In this document: piece by piece, positions 26,556-43,619 of the stretch | Layout of the letters: every line of letters starts with the position of its first letter | How positions within the stretch are numbered: the first letter of the stretch is position 1 | Assembly: GCA_013265495.1 (NCBI GenBank) | Contig: MU058584.1 | Location: 3,850,508 to 3,914,507 of the forward strand | DNA: 64,000 bases | Direction: 5' to 3' | Source: Vicugna vicugna | Taxonomy: Eukaryota | Translations under genes and position numbers: made by a program | Notes under the pieces: model-generated | The model's input: the letters and a program-made list of their open reading frames with translations, nothing else | Database searches by the model: none | What the model was told of the DNA's origin: nothing

Positions 26556-26906
26556 TTTTCGGGATTCACTCATCTTAGCCTCATTCCTTTTCTATTTTCT
26601 TTCCCCTTTTCCCTTATTCTTTGATTTTTCCTCCCTCTGATGCTCAGTTTGGTCAAAGAACATGCACTTCAGGGTCTCAAAACTGGGGACAGTGGCTAGT
26701 TTCTTTGTTTCCCACCCACTCCCCACTCTCTGCCCACATTCAGAAAATGCAGAAAATGTTTCCACCAGCACGGGGCAGCCTCCCTGCTCTGTCTGACATC
26801 TGTAACGTGGGGACAATGATGCTTGTCCCTCAGGGGACTTGAGCATGGATGACTATCAGAGGTCCAAAGGAAACATTAAATCTAGCACATGAAAATAATG
26901 CCTTAA

Positions 26907-29792
<2,886 letters not shown>

Positions 29793-30315
29793 CTGGGCAA
29801 AGTGGATCTGGGAGAGACTGAGAACACAGGGAGCAGCCGCACGTGCTGCTAAGCACAGGGCTCAGGGCACGCATTGCCACAGCCCATCAAGGGACAAGCA
29901 TGTGGAGAGGATCATATGGAAGGTGAAATGGGAGGTACCAGGTGGAAGGGCACCAGAGGTGGGGCAGGTGAGAGCTGAAGAAGAAGAAGAAGAGTCATAA
30001 TATGAGGACCAACCAGACACCATTTCTGTCACTCAGTGTCCTCTAAGCTTCGGTGCTTCACTTATGGATTTGATAGAGTGTGTCACAGACCAGAGAGCTG
30101 AGCTTACAAAGGCACCGTAGTGTGTGGAGACTCCAGCTCACATCCAGGAAGGCTGTATGAATGCAAGGCATGGTTCTATTTGTAGAGGTTTTCTACAATG
30201 AGACCCAGGAAATCTATCCTGTGGCAAGTCTCACCTCTCCCAGCAAGGCTGAGTTCTGGTTGTTTCTTTTTAATGTTTTGCATCTCCATTAAAATTGATA
30301 TGTTGTCAAATATTT
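29793..30315 (+). other. STYXL2: STYXL2 3' UTR (end approximate)
   Basis: Lies between the stop codon and the ATTAAA at 30288, which is followed by T/GT-rich sequence. Confidence 0.6.
30288..30293 (+). terminator. Polyadenylation signal ATTAAA
   Basis: ATTAAA with a T-rich upstream element and a downstream TTTCTTCTTCATTCTTTT tract, about 500 nt after the stop. Confidence 0.6.
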
Positions 30316-32406
30316 CTTCTTCATTCTTTTAGCTCTTTGGATATTATGGGAAACCCACTTTAAGAGACACAGATGGGCTACCATGAGCCAGCCTCACCTT
30401 GTGCCACAAAAGCTGTGTCTCCAGACAATACCACTGTCATCTCATTGTGAAAAATAATAGCCAAGTATTTCGTCTGGGATACAACAGAGTGAGAAAACAC
30501 TAGGAGGACCCTTGAGAGTAACAGAGGGAACTAAAGAAAGAAAGAACAGGTTTTATTGTGGTGAGAGTGGCAAGCTGTAGGTAGAGGGTCCCTCCGGAAT
30601 GGCAGAAAAACAAAGCAAACAAAACATGAGGGAGAGAAGAGTACAAAGAGATGGAGGTGTATTTTCATGAAATCTTCTGGCCGTCCTTGCCTTTCATTCC
30701 TTGGAGGATCATGGGGCAATGCAGTGGCCAGACCATTTCATCCTTTCCTGCACTCTGGATGGGCTAGGTTGGTGAGATTTCTTTACCTCTTGTTCCCATG
30801 GGTTTCTGGCCCTCCAAACACAGTTTGACTTGCTGAAGCAAGAGGCATACCTTGGGTACCTACCACAAACATTGGTGGACTGTTTTCTACAGTTACTTCA
30901 AAGCTGCCACATCTTGCAGGATTAGAACACAGATGTGTGCCATGCAGGGGTCCAAGATGTCTTGATCAGTCAAAAAATCAAACTCATGAGACACAGTTGG
31001 GAGGGAAGAAGATTAAGGAGGACTCCACCAATGGGATGAATAGTAAGTGACCAGTCATCGTGTGATCATTTTCACTAAAAACTGAGTGTCAGGGATGTGG
31101 AGACAGTGTACCCTTCCTACGTGGGTTAGTTTAGCATCACATATTTCAGTGAGCACAAAGACAGAAGTACCAAGGCCAAAAGAGAGGACTTGAGCTCAAA
31201 CCCAGACCTGCACGTGAGCTGCTGTCAGAGTAACAGTTAAATTGCACACCTTCCCTCTAACACTTTGGCCCACAGTTCAGTTGCTGATGGTCCCCATCTC
31301 CCTTGCATGGCTGGGGGAGAATGAGGCCTTAGAAAACACTGCTCAGCCTTTGTTCCATTTGCCCCTTTCCTTCTTCCTTTGCTCATTTTACTTAGTCAGC
31401 CATAGTCCCTGGTTTCAATGCTCAGCAGGTCATCCTCATCATCCAAGATGGAGCTATTCTCATACACCCACTGCAAGAAGGCTGGCTGTGGCCCATTTTA
31501 CCTTCTGGACGAGCTCAAGACCTCTTCTCTCATTTCACCCCTATGAGGAGGTCTCTGATACAGGCACAGACATTCAATCGGGCATCCATTCTAGAAGATC
31601 AATCTTCTGGAGGGAGGAATGAGAATACCCTTGGGACAACAGCTCTCTTTTCCTTTTCCTAATCTTCTTACCTTGAATTATCTTGCAGTATTTGGAACAA
31701 GCCAAGTTCAGGGGCAAATAGACTGAATTAACTGACAGACCAGCTAAGCAGCTGCCCCCAGTGCGCATCCATATGGAGCCAGTTAACTCAGATCTCTACA
31801 CATGTCTTTTTTTTTTTTTTCAACCTAACTGAAAAATAAATAAATTGATCTCAACCATATCAAGAAATAAAAAAAAAATTCCTCGTCAATCCTAATACCC
31901 CTCTGAATGGATATTGAGCAAACATGTAAAGCGTCTTGGTTTAAAGAGCCACCCAGTCTTTCTCCAGCCCTCAGTGTGAGCCTGATGGCAACAGACCAAA
32001 GAGACCAGCTGGCCTGCTTTTATTGAGCTCCTAGGCTAGAGGAGTAACAAGGGCCCGCATGGCCCATGTATGGACCAGCTCAGAGGAGGAAACCCAAGAG
32101 CAGCCAGGGTCAAGACCTAGAGAAAAGCCTTTGCTTGCTGTATCTCCAAGAATAGCTTCTTTAGGATCCTGTCCTCAGATTCTGAACTCTGCTTATTCCT
32201 GGGGTCCAGAGTGTATTTTGGTAGACCACACCAATGGAAATTTTATGTGAGTTATAACGAGCTGGAAGGAATAACTGGGATTTGAAGTGTTCGGATCCCA
32301 AGAGTGAGACCTAAATGAGACCTAACCTAGGTTGACAGGCTGCACTCCAGCCTTCCGGTCTCTGAATGACGTTAAAATGTAGAGGGAAAAAAAAAAGTTA
32401 GGTAAC

Positions 32407-32790
32407 GTGTCAGTAACGGTCCCAGGACACGGCACACCCAAAGCGGTAAGTGACGAGAGCTCGGTGGACAAACTTTATAGAGGCACGAACAGGGTGAAGG
32501 GATCAGGAAGGAAGAGTAAAGCACGTGGGTGCGAGAAGAGTGAGCTATTGAGAGCGCCCTAGGACTGAGGGGGCAAAGTCAGGGAGCTGTTTGCAGAGCC
32601 CAGCAAGAGCCTTAGCCACAGGAGGAGGGCCACCCAGCAGGGGAGCTGGGCGAAGGAATACCCTGACCTCTCTCTCCTCCTGGATCTCTGTCTCACCCTA
32701 GTAACTCTCATTGGCCAAACCTAATTGGAACCCAGGGGATGGGAGAGCCCAGAGTCTGGAGAAGAATGAAAAGTAATCTGTGAAGGGGGG
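32407..32790 (-). mobile_element. ERVL-type LTR relic (LTR33-like)
   Basis: GGCACACCCAAA...CCCTGACCTCTCTCTCCTCCT...CTCATTGGCCAAACCTAATTGGAA motif order. Confidence 0.55.
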
Positions 32791-33254
32791 GCGGGGGATA
32801 GGGAGCAGAATGGCCAGCGCGGAGGTTAATACATTTTAATGGAAAGGCCACCTCGGCAGAGCCTTTCCGATGATGTTGTTTTAAATGATTGGGAACGGTA
32901 TGCGCTGAACACAGATCGATTCACTCTTAAGAATTAATTAACGACTGGCATAGGGCTTCAGCTACACAAAACCAACTAACAGAGTCAGTGATTTTGTTTT
33001 ACAGGAAAGAAAAAGAGGAGACAGATCTGAATCAATGGCCCGCGTCTACTCCTGAGTTGTATAAAGAGCTCACTAGGAGTCTCCCACGAGGGGAGAATCG
33101 TGTACAGAAGGGGGCCCTGTAAGAGCAGAAGCCCTGCAGAGAATTCTGAGGTGGGTGGTGAAAGAGAGAGGAGGACACATTTTTTTTCTTTTTCTACCCC
33201 CAAGGGGAGGCCCTGGTGGGGAAATGATATCACAGAGTCTGTGAAAAAACAAGG

Positions 33255-33685
33255 TGGCTCAGAAGCACCCAGCAGGAAGCAGAAGGCACACTCAAATTAG
33301 GGTAATTCAAAAAGAACCATTCACAGAGGTGTGGACAGGATGTTGCGGCAGAGTGTGCACCCCAGGGCTAGGGGTTAGATCCCTGCGCCCAGAAAGGCCA
33401 GAGCAGGGAGCTGTTATCAGAACCCTAGAGACAGAGGGGACTGTGTGGAGGGGGCTGTCTTACAAGAGCTGAGACCTTCGGTCTAGGGAGCCAGCTTGAC
33501 AGGACCCAAGGGAAGGAGCCCGACTTCAGCCTCCACCTCCCACCAGCCCCCCATCTCCCAAAAACAAAATCCAGAGGGAAGGGAGTTGGTGCATGCAGTC
33601 TACTCAGTCAGCCTCATGGGGCACCAAGGAGGGTGCGGAAGGGTGGACCATGGATCTGGAAGGGCCGACAGAAGTTACCCAACAG
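33255..33685 (-). mobile_element. ERVL-type LTR relic (LTR33-like)
   Basis: CAGCAGGAAGCAGAAGGCACACTCAAATTAGGGTAATT...CCAGAGGGAAGGGAG...TGGATCTGGAAGGGC...ACA. Confidence 0.6.
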
Positions 33686-34749
33686 CAAGGGCAAAATTTC
33701 AGGCCAGTGCTCCAGTTATTCTGTGATATATTGTTGATGCTGGGTTATGAAGACTCTGCTTTTAGTGTTTGGAATATCACCAGCAGAGGGAATATGAATT
33801 TCTCTGGACTCCCTGCAACCTTTATCCCTGGCGTTATTAACCAATGCCAATTAAATAACTTCTTGCCACACAACCTGCCGAAAACATGCTAAACAGAGTT
33901 GCCCCTGTGAGAAGAATCCTGAATACAAATTCATAACTATTCTTAGGATCATCTTTGAGTTTTGGTTCAGGGCTCATGTTTTAAAGCATTGTCTCTTTTC
34001 TGTGTCAGCTTCCGTTGCTATGCAGGATGCCTGCTTTCTATTTCAGGTGCCGACCAGAAACCACCTCCCCATCCTTGCCACACACACACTCACAAGTGAA
34101 TTTCATGTAAAACCTATACTTTAACACATAACATCTCCCCAAATGCCTGTCAAATTTAGTGTAAGTCCATCCAGACTATTTTTGCATGTGAAGGTAACTA
34201 GCAACATAGTTTTATTTTTATAGGTTCCAAACACCAGCAACTCTCATTTTTGGACACGGTGGCCCCCACCAGCATCTATGAGCAGGTGTGCATACCGATC
34301 AGCTGCTGCAGCAGCTCAGCCACCCACTGCCAGCCACTCAGTCACCGGATCCTGAGTGGACCTGGCCCCTCAGAGTGAGTGGCAGATCCACTTGGTTTAG
34401 CTTCTTCTGGCCTTAGATTCCTGGACACAGAAGCTGGATTCAGTTTTGGTGGCAACCAAGACAAGTGGCTGCAACCAATAATTCAATTTAGCTCAGTTTG
34501 ATAAACATTTCTTGAATGCCAGCCTTGTCCTAACACTGACCCAGGCACTGTGTTATCCAGAGGACATGCTCCATGACATAAGGGAAGATGGAGGCAGTCT
34601 TGAGTCAGAGAAAGTGCCCGGTCCCTTGTGAGAAAGGATTTTTGAAAAACTGCCCAGGTTAGAGAAACTTCAAGCTCCCTGGGTCTGAGCTCACTAGTGT
34701 GCCAGGTGTATCAGAACAGCACCAACCACTGAACTTGGAACCTCACAGC

Positions 34750-36230
34750 TGAGTTTGTCACCTCCTTTCCCTCTTCCATCACCTGAGCCGGGTGATTCTG
34801 CCCAGTGCGGTTACTTTCCTTATTCCGTTATCACCACCTCTTCCATAAACCTGGGCTCTTACCCACCACCAGGCGATTGCAGCCTCATTTCCTTTCCAGC
34901 TAGTCTAGAAGCAAATTAATCTTCAAGTTCACAATTCTGGTGCTTTATATTCTTCTGCTTAAAAATTTTAATGGCTCCCGATTGCGTATGGAATGAAGCT
35001 GAATTTTCTTCCCTTGGCATTCGAAGGCCACCTTCCCCTCCACTTCCAGTCCTAGCCATCACTCCCATCATGGACACACCTTTCTCCTCTGGGGGAACAG
35101 CACATCATCCCAAACACTCTTCTGTGCCCTCTCTCAGGCTTTCCCCACTGCCTCAGTCTTCCCTGTCTCCCCACCCTACCTCGCTGTCTCTGTGCTCAGA
35201 CCCTCCCCTCTCCAAAGTTCTCCTCACACCTCTTCCAGCCACCCTGGCTGCACAGTCTCTTCCTCCTGTGAAATCACACAGCGGTTTTTTTGCACCTGTC
35301 ATTGGCACTGACCGCCTTTGATGATAGGGATTTGGTACATAAAGTTAGGATTGGCTACCTTTTAGGATCATTGTGTAGTTATAATGAAGTAATATATTGT
35401 TTTAATAGGCCTAGAGAGTTCATGGTATCCAGTAGAATTTAGTAAGTAAATTGTACATGGTTATATGTCATTCTATAGTAATAATAACACATTATTATTG
35501 TTATAGTTGTTGTTGTTGTTGTTGTTGTTGACAAAATGTCATAAAGTGGTTAAGAACACAGCTTTGGAATCTAATTGAAAAACAACCAACACTTTACTAC
35601 ATGTTTACCCTGTTCCAAGCACTATGCTAAGAGCTTTACGCAAGGACTGTCTACTTTATTCTCTTCAAAATCTTAACCTTTACATATTTACTTCATTTTT
35701 TTAAAGCATATGGTGCTCTAAACACTATGCTAGGCACTGAGAATTCAGCAGAAATCAAGACAGATAAGAATTTGCCCTCAAGGAGCTAATAACTGTATTG
35801 AGGGAGACAGACAGTAAACAAGGATCAGAATTTTTAGAATATTACTTGTATATTTGTTATCCGCTTGCCTGTCTGTTAGTTCGTCTCTCCTTACTAGACT
35901 GTAAGCTCCATGGGGTGGCTGTTCCCTGCCAGCTCCCCAGCACAGAAGCCAAGCCTAGCATAAAGGGAACTCAACGGAACATTTGTTGTGGTTAAAAACA
36001 ATAGTGCGCTGAAAGAAACAAGTGGGGAGCGGGGCGTTACTTTAGATGGGGTGATTAGGGAAACATCCCTCTGATGTTTCAAAGAAACTGATGGAAACAC
36101 TGAGGCTTAGAGAGATCAAATAATAAATCACCCAAGGCCACATGGCTACTCTAGGCCAAAACACACCTTGCAGGAGAGGTGATGTCTGTGAAGTTCTGGC
36201 ACACAATAATTGCTCAGTAAACATCTTACA
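34750..36230. mobile_element. Mixed L2 and MIR relics
   Basis: CTGCTTAAAAATTTTAATGGCTCCC (L2), CTAGACTGTAAGCTCCATGGG (L2 3' end), GGAAACACTGAGGCTTAGAGAG (MIR). Confidence 0.6.
35507..35530. repeat. (GTT)n microsatellite
   Basis: Directly visible. Confidence 0.95.
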
Positions 36231-37117
36231 TCCTCTAGTGGATTGTTAGTTTCTAAATCAATCTTGTTTTAAAAGTGTGGAATTATTGACTGGCTAGTGA
36301 ATTATTGATTCAGCAGGGATCATTCTTCGGACACAAAGTCAGTTTGGTTTTTTTTTTTTTTTTCCCTCTGATGAGTGGGTAAGATGTTTAGTGGGTGATG
36401 GAAGAGAGAACGTCACAGGATACTGGAGGTGGGAGGGAATTCCAGGCATCTGTGGGAGGCAAAGCAGTTCGGCCAGCTGCTCCGGAGAGCAGCCCCCACT
36501 TCACCAACGTTGACGACTGGGCCAGAATTGCTGGAAACATTTCTCTCCTAGCTGCAGTGACTGAAAGCGCTTCAGGAGAGCCCAATCTTGACAAATGTCC
36601 ATACTCTCAGAGGCAGAGCAGAGGCTGGGCAGGAGGAGCTGGGGGGGAGGTGGAGGAAGGAAAGCCATCAGAGTAATAACTGCTCCTGGCCCTGCTCTGT
36701 GCCAGCTCCAACCAGCCAGCTCTGACCTCGTTCCCACAGGGCTGCTAAGAGCTCTTTGGGGAGAACCAGGCATTCCTCAAAGGAACACAGAGCAAAGGAA
36801 GGCCCCTGCAGCCTCAAAGGGGCAGACAGCAGGCATGACTCACTGCCCTTTTTTGGACGTTGAGAACTTGGCTTAAATGGATCATTGCCTTATTAGCGTT
36901 TCTCAAACAAAAAGACAATGCAAACAAGCGCTCAACCAGGAAGCAACAGATGGCTTCCTGCTCCCGCCCTGGTGGCCTGAGAGCGCAGAGCAGGAGCGGC
37001 CCCGGGGTCCTGTTGCTCTCCTTAACAGAATCCAGTTGGGAAAGTCAACTGACCACCTCTCAGCCACATTCCATTAACGGGCTGACCAACATAACAACAA
37101 TTCTGCGAAGCCAGTGT

Positions 37118-37250
37118 TAATATCCCCATTTTACAGATGGGGAAAGTCAGACTGAGAGGGATCAAGTCATGTGCCCAGAATCACAATGTAAGTGGGGAAT
37201 CAATGACCTGAACCTAGATGTGTCTGATTATATAAAGCCACTTTTTTGTA
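37118..37250 (-). mobile_element. MIR SINE fragment
   Basis: ATCCCCATTTTACAGATGGGGAAA...ACTGAGAGGG..AAGTCATGTGCCCAG. Confidence 0.7.
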
Positions 37251-37956
37251 CCACACCGTTATGCCTTTAAAAAGATCTAAGCCCAGGGAGGGATTAAAAA
37301 CGCAATTGCAGAGAAATCTGAAATCTGACTGCAGGCTGCTGACAGATTGGCCATCCAGAAGATACAGTTCCTGAACAAAGCCCATGCTCGGGCTGGCCTT
37401 CTTCCATGCCGCGTGGTAGCTGGCTCACTAATAATTGGTCCAGTGAGAAAGAGTGCCGGGAAGATGACAAGCCCGAACCCCCAGGGACTGCTCTTAAATA
37501 GGAGCTTTGCTTAAAGGATGGGATGTTCAAAGAGGTTGAGATTTCCACACGCGCTCTCTTCTGACTCCCAGGAGAGAAGCTTTCATTCCAGGGAGTCACA
37601 ATATTTGTGCGTCTTTCAGGCAGCTTTCTCTTTTTAAAGCTGCACAGCACAGCCAGTTTTGTAGCTCTCGATTTACTACAAAGGCTGCTAGGGGAGATGG
37701 CAGAGAGCTGGAGGGTGTGGGTATGTGAGAGGGAGAGACAGAGACAGAGAAAGACAGAGATACTAGGCAAATCCCTCATCCTCACAGTCCCTCAAACAGA
37801 AAGAAAATGCCCCCTATTTGATAGCAATGGAGTCAAGACGAATGAGGATTTCAGATATTGAAACTGACTTCCCCTTAAACCAAGTTTCTCTGCTGAGGTT
37901 ATGATTCCAACACCTGTTCCTCTCGAAATTGAAGTGTGTCAAAGAAAAGGGAGGAT

Positions 37957-38550
37957 TGAAACTAGGCAGGACCTGTGGGGCTCTCCTGGGTATAAAAGCC
38001 TTTCTGTGCCCCATTCCTTGTTTGTAGACTTCAGCCTCCTAGACGCTTCCTGAGTTTCAAAGGGCAGATTCAAACAGTTACTAAGCAGGGAAGGGAGGGA
38101 ATGCAGAAACAAAGGAGGAGGAGTCGAGAAACAATAGAGCAGCGATAAAGGAGGTCTGGGTTCCTTCTCAAGAAGTATGCATAACAATAGATCTCTGAAT
38201 TCTTCTGCAGGAACTGAGGCCTCCACACAGGTGGAGGGTGGTAACTTCAGGCTTGAACACAAGCACCTGGGCCTCAGGCTGGTTGGAACCAGAAGGCTGA
38301 TGACTGAGATTCCTGGAACACCACCCTGTCACCTCACCACCAACCAATCAGAGGAGGGTTACACACCCTGCAGCCTCCTCCCAAATTTTGCCCATAAAAA
38401 CTCTTCCCTGAAACCCACTGGGGGAATTCAGGCTAGGAGTGACCTTTTATCCTTGCTTGGCCCTTACAATAAACCTTTCTCTGGTTCAAACTCCAATGTT
38501 TCTGTTTGGCCTCACTGTGTGTCAGTCACACAAACTTGGATTTGACAGCA
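37957..38550 (+). mobile_element. Solo ERV1-type LTR
   Basis: Starts TGAAAC and ends ...CA; CCAAT at 38344, TATA-like CATAAAAA at 38393 and AATAAA at 38468 in U3-R-U5 order; ~590 bp. No clear TSD. Confidence 0.7.
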
Positions 38551-40829
38551 GTACAACCAAAATTTAGACAAACAGGCTTAATACTAAACCTATTCAGTAG
38601 ATATATTACATTTATCGATCAACAGTATTTGGGACCTGCTATAAAAGACTCCCCTGATTGGTTTCATCCATTCATTCCTTCTTACATTCAGCAAGCCTAT
38701 ATGGAGCTCTTACTAGGGAACAAGAATTGTTCTGGGTGCTGGAAATACAAAGATGAATGAAACACAATATCTTTCTCTGAAGAGTTTGAATATAGCCTAG
38801 CAAGTTCTCTAACAAAAGGCACTTTGGAGCCCAGAGGCTACTTTGGCTTGAAATTCCAGCGTTAGCCTCATTCCTTTGAGTTAAGGCACCAACTACGTTA
38901 AAATGTCTGTGAATTAGGGATAACTCAGTGGCATGGATTAGCTGGTTAGTGTCCCTCTGAAATGTGACAAGACCCACTGAGAAAGTTTTAATGGAGAAAT
39001 ATCAGAAGGTCCAGGAGCCTATAAATTGTGTCAGCGGAATAACAAGTGCCACGTGAGGCTATTTGCAAATCACGAAGAGAACCTCCTGTCCTCCTCTGTG
39101 ATTTTACGTCTCTTCAGAAACACGTCTTGGCACGTACTGCAGTGAATCACAAGACAGAACACAGCTCACTTTCAACATACCAGCACTCCACTACAAAAAC
39201 ATCTTTTTTTTCAAGTCCGTGTGCCAGCAGTTTAGTCAAGCCAATCAAGGCTTTTTATTTGATCATGAAAATCTTGTGGTGTTTTAGGTCAAAATGTTTG
39301 CTGGACACAAAAATATAGTTTCTGATATGACTGCAAACTGGATGTTTTTCTAATTGCATTTACCAGTCTAAAGTATTTTCGCTGCCCCATCACAACAAAC
39401 AATATAAACCAGGCCATCTAAACACTGGCCTCGCAGGCTTGACCCTCAATGAAATCTCAACTTTAAGACTGAGTTCTCTCCAGGTGACTGCCATATGACC
39501 GTGAATGAATTGGCCATCAGATTCCCACAGTATCCCAATTGTCCCCAACATGCCTGGCAAAGCCAGCGGTGCTTGCTAAGGAAAGTAGGTGAACAGACCA
39601 ATTTAATTCCATGGAGAGCATTCAAAATGTCCTTCCCTTTAGCCCAGAAAATGCCATTTCATTAAGTTGTGCGTCTTAACTGTGTAAGATGTCTGTCGTA
39701 CCGTGTTTATTTCATTATGATAAAGTTAGGGAATTCTCAAGAAAATTTTAGAGTAAAATGGCATCAGACATTATGCTTTTATCTTTTTTGTTGTTAAATA
39801 AAAATGTTTCTCCAAGTCTGAAGCTGTAAGTCAACTTTCAGAAATTTCCTCCTAGACTTCCCCAAGGACTTAGCTGCATTGGTTGTACCCCAAGTCATCC
39901 CCCCCATATCAACACAAAAACCTCCCAACTCGTCTTCAAGATGAGTACTCCATCCAGGTTTTCAGGACTCCCTGAGAACTTTATGTAAACTAAAGCCAGC
40001 ATACCCCAACTTTTGTGACTCTGTATAAGCTCAGCGATCAAGCAACAGCCAAAGATTGGCATTTTAATCACCTTTTTACAGATGGAAAAACAGGTTTAGG
40101 AGTGGAGTTAAATACATAAGTTGCCCCAGGTCAGTCAACTAGTAAGGTCGAGTGGGGAACCTATCTTAGCACGTTCACCCTGGATCCCATGATTTCTCTC
40201 CTGTGCCACCCTGACTGATTTTAATTCTAGACCCAAAGCAAGATGTGAAGGCATTTCAATTTTTTAATTAAAAAATAATTAATTAATAAAGTGAATCTAT
40301 TACAACATCATAGACTCTTTTTTTTAAATGTTATGGGTCAGCAATATGATTTTGCATATTTTTCACTTCCATGCCCACCCTCGAGCTATTAGGAACTTTC
40401 TAGAAAATTGTCAATTTCCTTGGGGTGATTTTTTTTAACTTTCCTCATTAAATGAAATTCTGGTTTTTCTCAAGAATATCTTTGAAATCTCTAGACAACA
40501 CTTTCCCCTCCAAGCCTTTTCTGAGGTGGTGATATCTTTTTGCCACATTTTGAGCATGGACTTTTACATGGAAGAGTTGAACTCAAGATTCCCATAAACA
40601 TATAGACATCTATTTGATTCAATACTGCTACCACCCAGGGTCACCCAGTGGACTAGCCCCATGATTAGTCTTTAAAGTGTCCTGTTATTCTCTCCAATAA
40701 AGAACTGGATTCCTCTTTAAAGCACTTGACCATCTGTATTTACCAAAGCCTGTCTTACTTCATGGGGTTGTGCACCAGTCTCTAAATGTCACCAATGATG
40801 TTGAGTGCCACCACTGGTGGAGTGTCTAC

Positions 40830-41005
40830 CAGACCTATGCCAGGTATGAGTTATAAATTCTTTTATTTCATAGTCACAACAATCCTATGAGGCAGGTATT
40901 TCTACAGTTGAAGAGATTTAGAGAAGTTCAATTACGTGCTCAAGGCCACACATCTAGATTGGCAAAACTGGTCTTTAAAACACATTTCTTCCCGACTCTG
41001 GAGCC
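40830..41005 (-). mobile_element. MIR SINE fragment
   Basis: TCACAACAATCCTATGAGGCAGGTATT...CAAGGCCACACA. Confidence 0.65.
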
Positions 41006-43619
41006 AACACCCTCTCCCACACTTGACTTGACCTCACAATTACAAAATGCTCTCACAGATAAGTCATAGGATTTTGGAAGTCCAAAGACTGTTCCGATAC
41101 TCCTAATTTATTTTATCTATCATTCCCAGACCTCCAAATCAAGGACTGACGTTAACGAACCCCGGGCACGTAATTTTTAATTGAATGGTCTATATATTGA
41201 TGCTTCCTCAGTTGGATGTCCTCCTGATCATGTCTGGAGTTATTTTCTACGTTAGTTTCTTTTTCCTCTGGGGAGACGTATTTGATCTGAGAGCATCTAT
41301 TGTCTTCTGGGAAAAAAATTTCTCATTAGGCTTTGGGCTTGCTGTAGGTGTCAGAAGTGCTTCCTCCGATTTGCTGGACACGCCGCAAACATGATTAGTA
41401 CCTAGTGCTTGAGAATGTTTGTAGAAGGAGAGAATGGCCTTTGTTAGTAACACCACTGTCAGCTTTCTTAATTAAGTTGCTGGTACTCGATGTTCTAGGC
41501 ACTTTGGTAAAGAGAGAAGCAAAATGGAGCCCCTGTGAATGCTGTTCTGCAGTGAAGATACCCCCTGCACAGCACCAATAAAAGAGGTCTGCACCTATTG
41601 CAGGCAATCAGTAATTCCATTACAGAATTATGGTTGGCGAGGGGAGCTGCGGCCGAAGAATGTTCGTGAATTTAGTAACTTCTGCAGATTTCTGTTGTCA
41701 CTGGAGTAGAGCCACTTCTGTTGAAAGCAGGGTTAATTGCTGTGGTCTGAAAAAAAACATTGAGAATAACAGGAAGCTTCTCCATGTCAAAAGGGTTTTC
41801 TGTAAGATCTACAGTTTCCAGGCTGGAAAAGATGAAACTAATATTCATTGATCAATTAAGAATATTAAAAGAGGAGATAATGAAATGCGAACTTGGGTAA
41901 TATAGACCTTTATTCATTTTTCAATAACTTTACTGGGTTTTTGCCCTCCATTACTAAAAAAAGAGAAAACAAAGTAGAAAAGAAAATTTCACTGAAGCAA
42001 ATTTGTGACATGCAGAAGAACATACACAAAAAAATCATACCACCTGGAGATAATCACTACTTCTATATTTTTCTGTGCATATGTAAATATACACTTTCAT
42101 ATATTTGAGATCATATTATGCAGACTGTTTTTAAGCTTAATTTTCATGTAATAGTTTTCCCATATAAGATATGGGATAACTTTATAGTTTTCTATTTTTG
42201 ATCTGGGATTAAATGATTTTACCAGTTCCTGTCACTGAGTAGTTAGTTATGGTTTCTAGTTTTTCCTATTATAAATGACATAGAGATAAATTACTTTATA
42301 CATACCTGGTTGTGCATCTATCTAGCTGTTTCTGCAGAATAAATTCCTGTGAAGTTACTGCCTCAATGCAAACAGACCTAAAAAACAAACAAACAAAAAA
42401 ACCTCAAATCTTTTTGCAATATATTGCCAAGTTGCCTTCTAGACTGTTTGTATGAATTCAGTATCAGCAACAGTACCTAGTTCTCGCATTCCCACCTGGG
42501 CTCAAATATACTCACTTTTGCCAATGTAACAACGTGGATGCTGATGATAGCTAAGGTTATTAAATACTCCCTCCTGCCAGGTGCTGGGCTAGTTTTACTA
42601 AGAGCTTACGTGAGTCTACCATTTCAGGTTCTGCATCAGCCCAACCAAGTGAGACCAACCTTCTAGTCCCAGGCCATTCATTATCGACAGCTCTCAAAGA
42701 AACTGGAAACTAAAACCCCAATGCCTTTGATTCCCTTGTTCATCTGATACTGCTCACAAGTCAGCCGCCCGGGCCACCCGTTCCCTAGGCATGATCCCCA
42801 GGATGCTCTGTTCCTCCCAGCTACACCCGCACACCCACAGATCCGCACCTCCAAACCCTCCCTCTGCAGGTGCTGCTTACAGCTAACGCTCCCTTACAGA
42901 TCCTCCCTCTTCTCTGGGTGCTCCCATCCTCTCCCAGCCTTAAAAGAGCCCTGGCTCTTCATTCAGGACCCGGCTTCTGTTGCAGCCCTCCCAAACTGTA
43001 GCTATTTATTCCCTAGCTCGTCACATACCTCTGGGCTGCATGTCCTATTCGCTGGAAGAAACAGTTGCAGGTGGTTGCCCAGAGAAGGCAAAAATCTGCA
43101 GCGAGGAGAGCGGAGGCAGGTGGCTGCTGATTTTTGTTACTATTTTTGTAGTTTTATTTAACTTTAAAAATGACATACATGTAAAACAACACACATGCCT
43201 TAGTGTGACAAAATAAAAATTAAATTTTAAAGAAGAGAGTATAGAAAATACCAGTTACTTACCCAAAGTCACATAATAAAATGTTATCTCATTGTTTTGG
43301 GGGGGTTTTTTTTTGTATTACTGCTGAATCTGACTTCTTTTCTGTATGTTTACTGACTGTTGGTATTTCATAATTTATAAATTATATCATTCTCACCTTT
43401 TCATTTGGGGATGTTTATCTTTTGACTAATTTATATACACTCTTTAGGTACTATGCACTTTGCCCCTATCGTATGTTTTGTAAATCATTTCCTCAGTTTA
43501 TTTTCTTATAGCTTTATTAATGCTATTTTCCATGTGTACAGAAGTTTTCTGTTTTCATAGTGTCAAAAATTTCAGTCTTTTTATAGTTTTTGCTTTTAAA
43601 TTTCCTTTCTTATTCAGTA

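Noticed and set aside
42610..43080. GC-richer block inside AT-rich L1 debris, possibly an LTR
   Set aside because: I could not define termini, a TSD or a family, so it is left uncalled.
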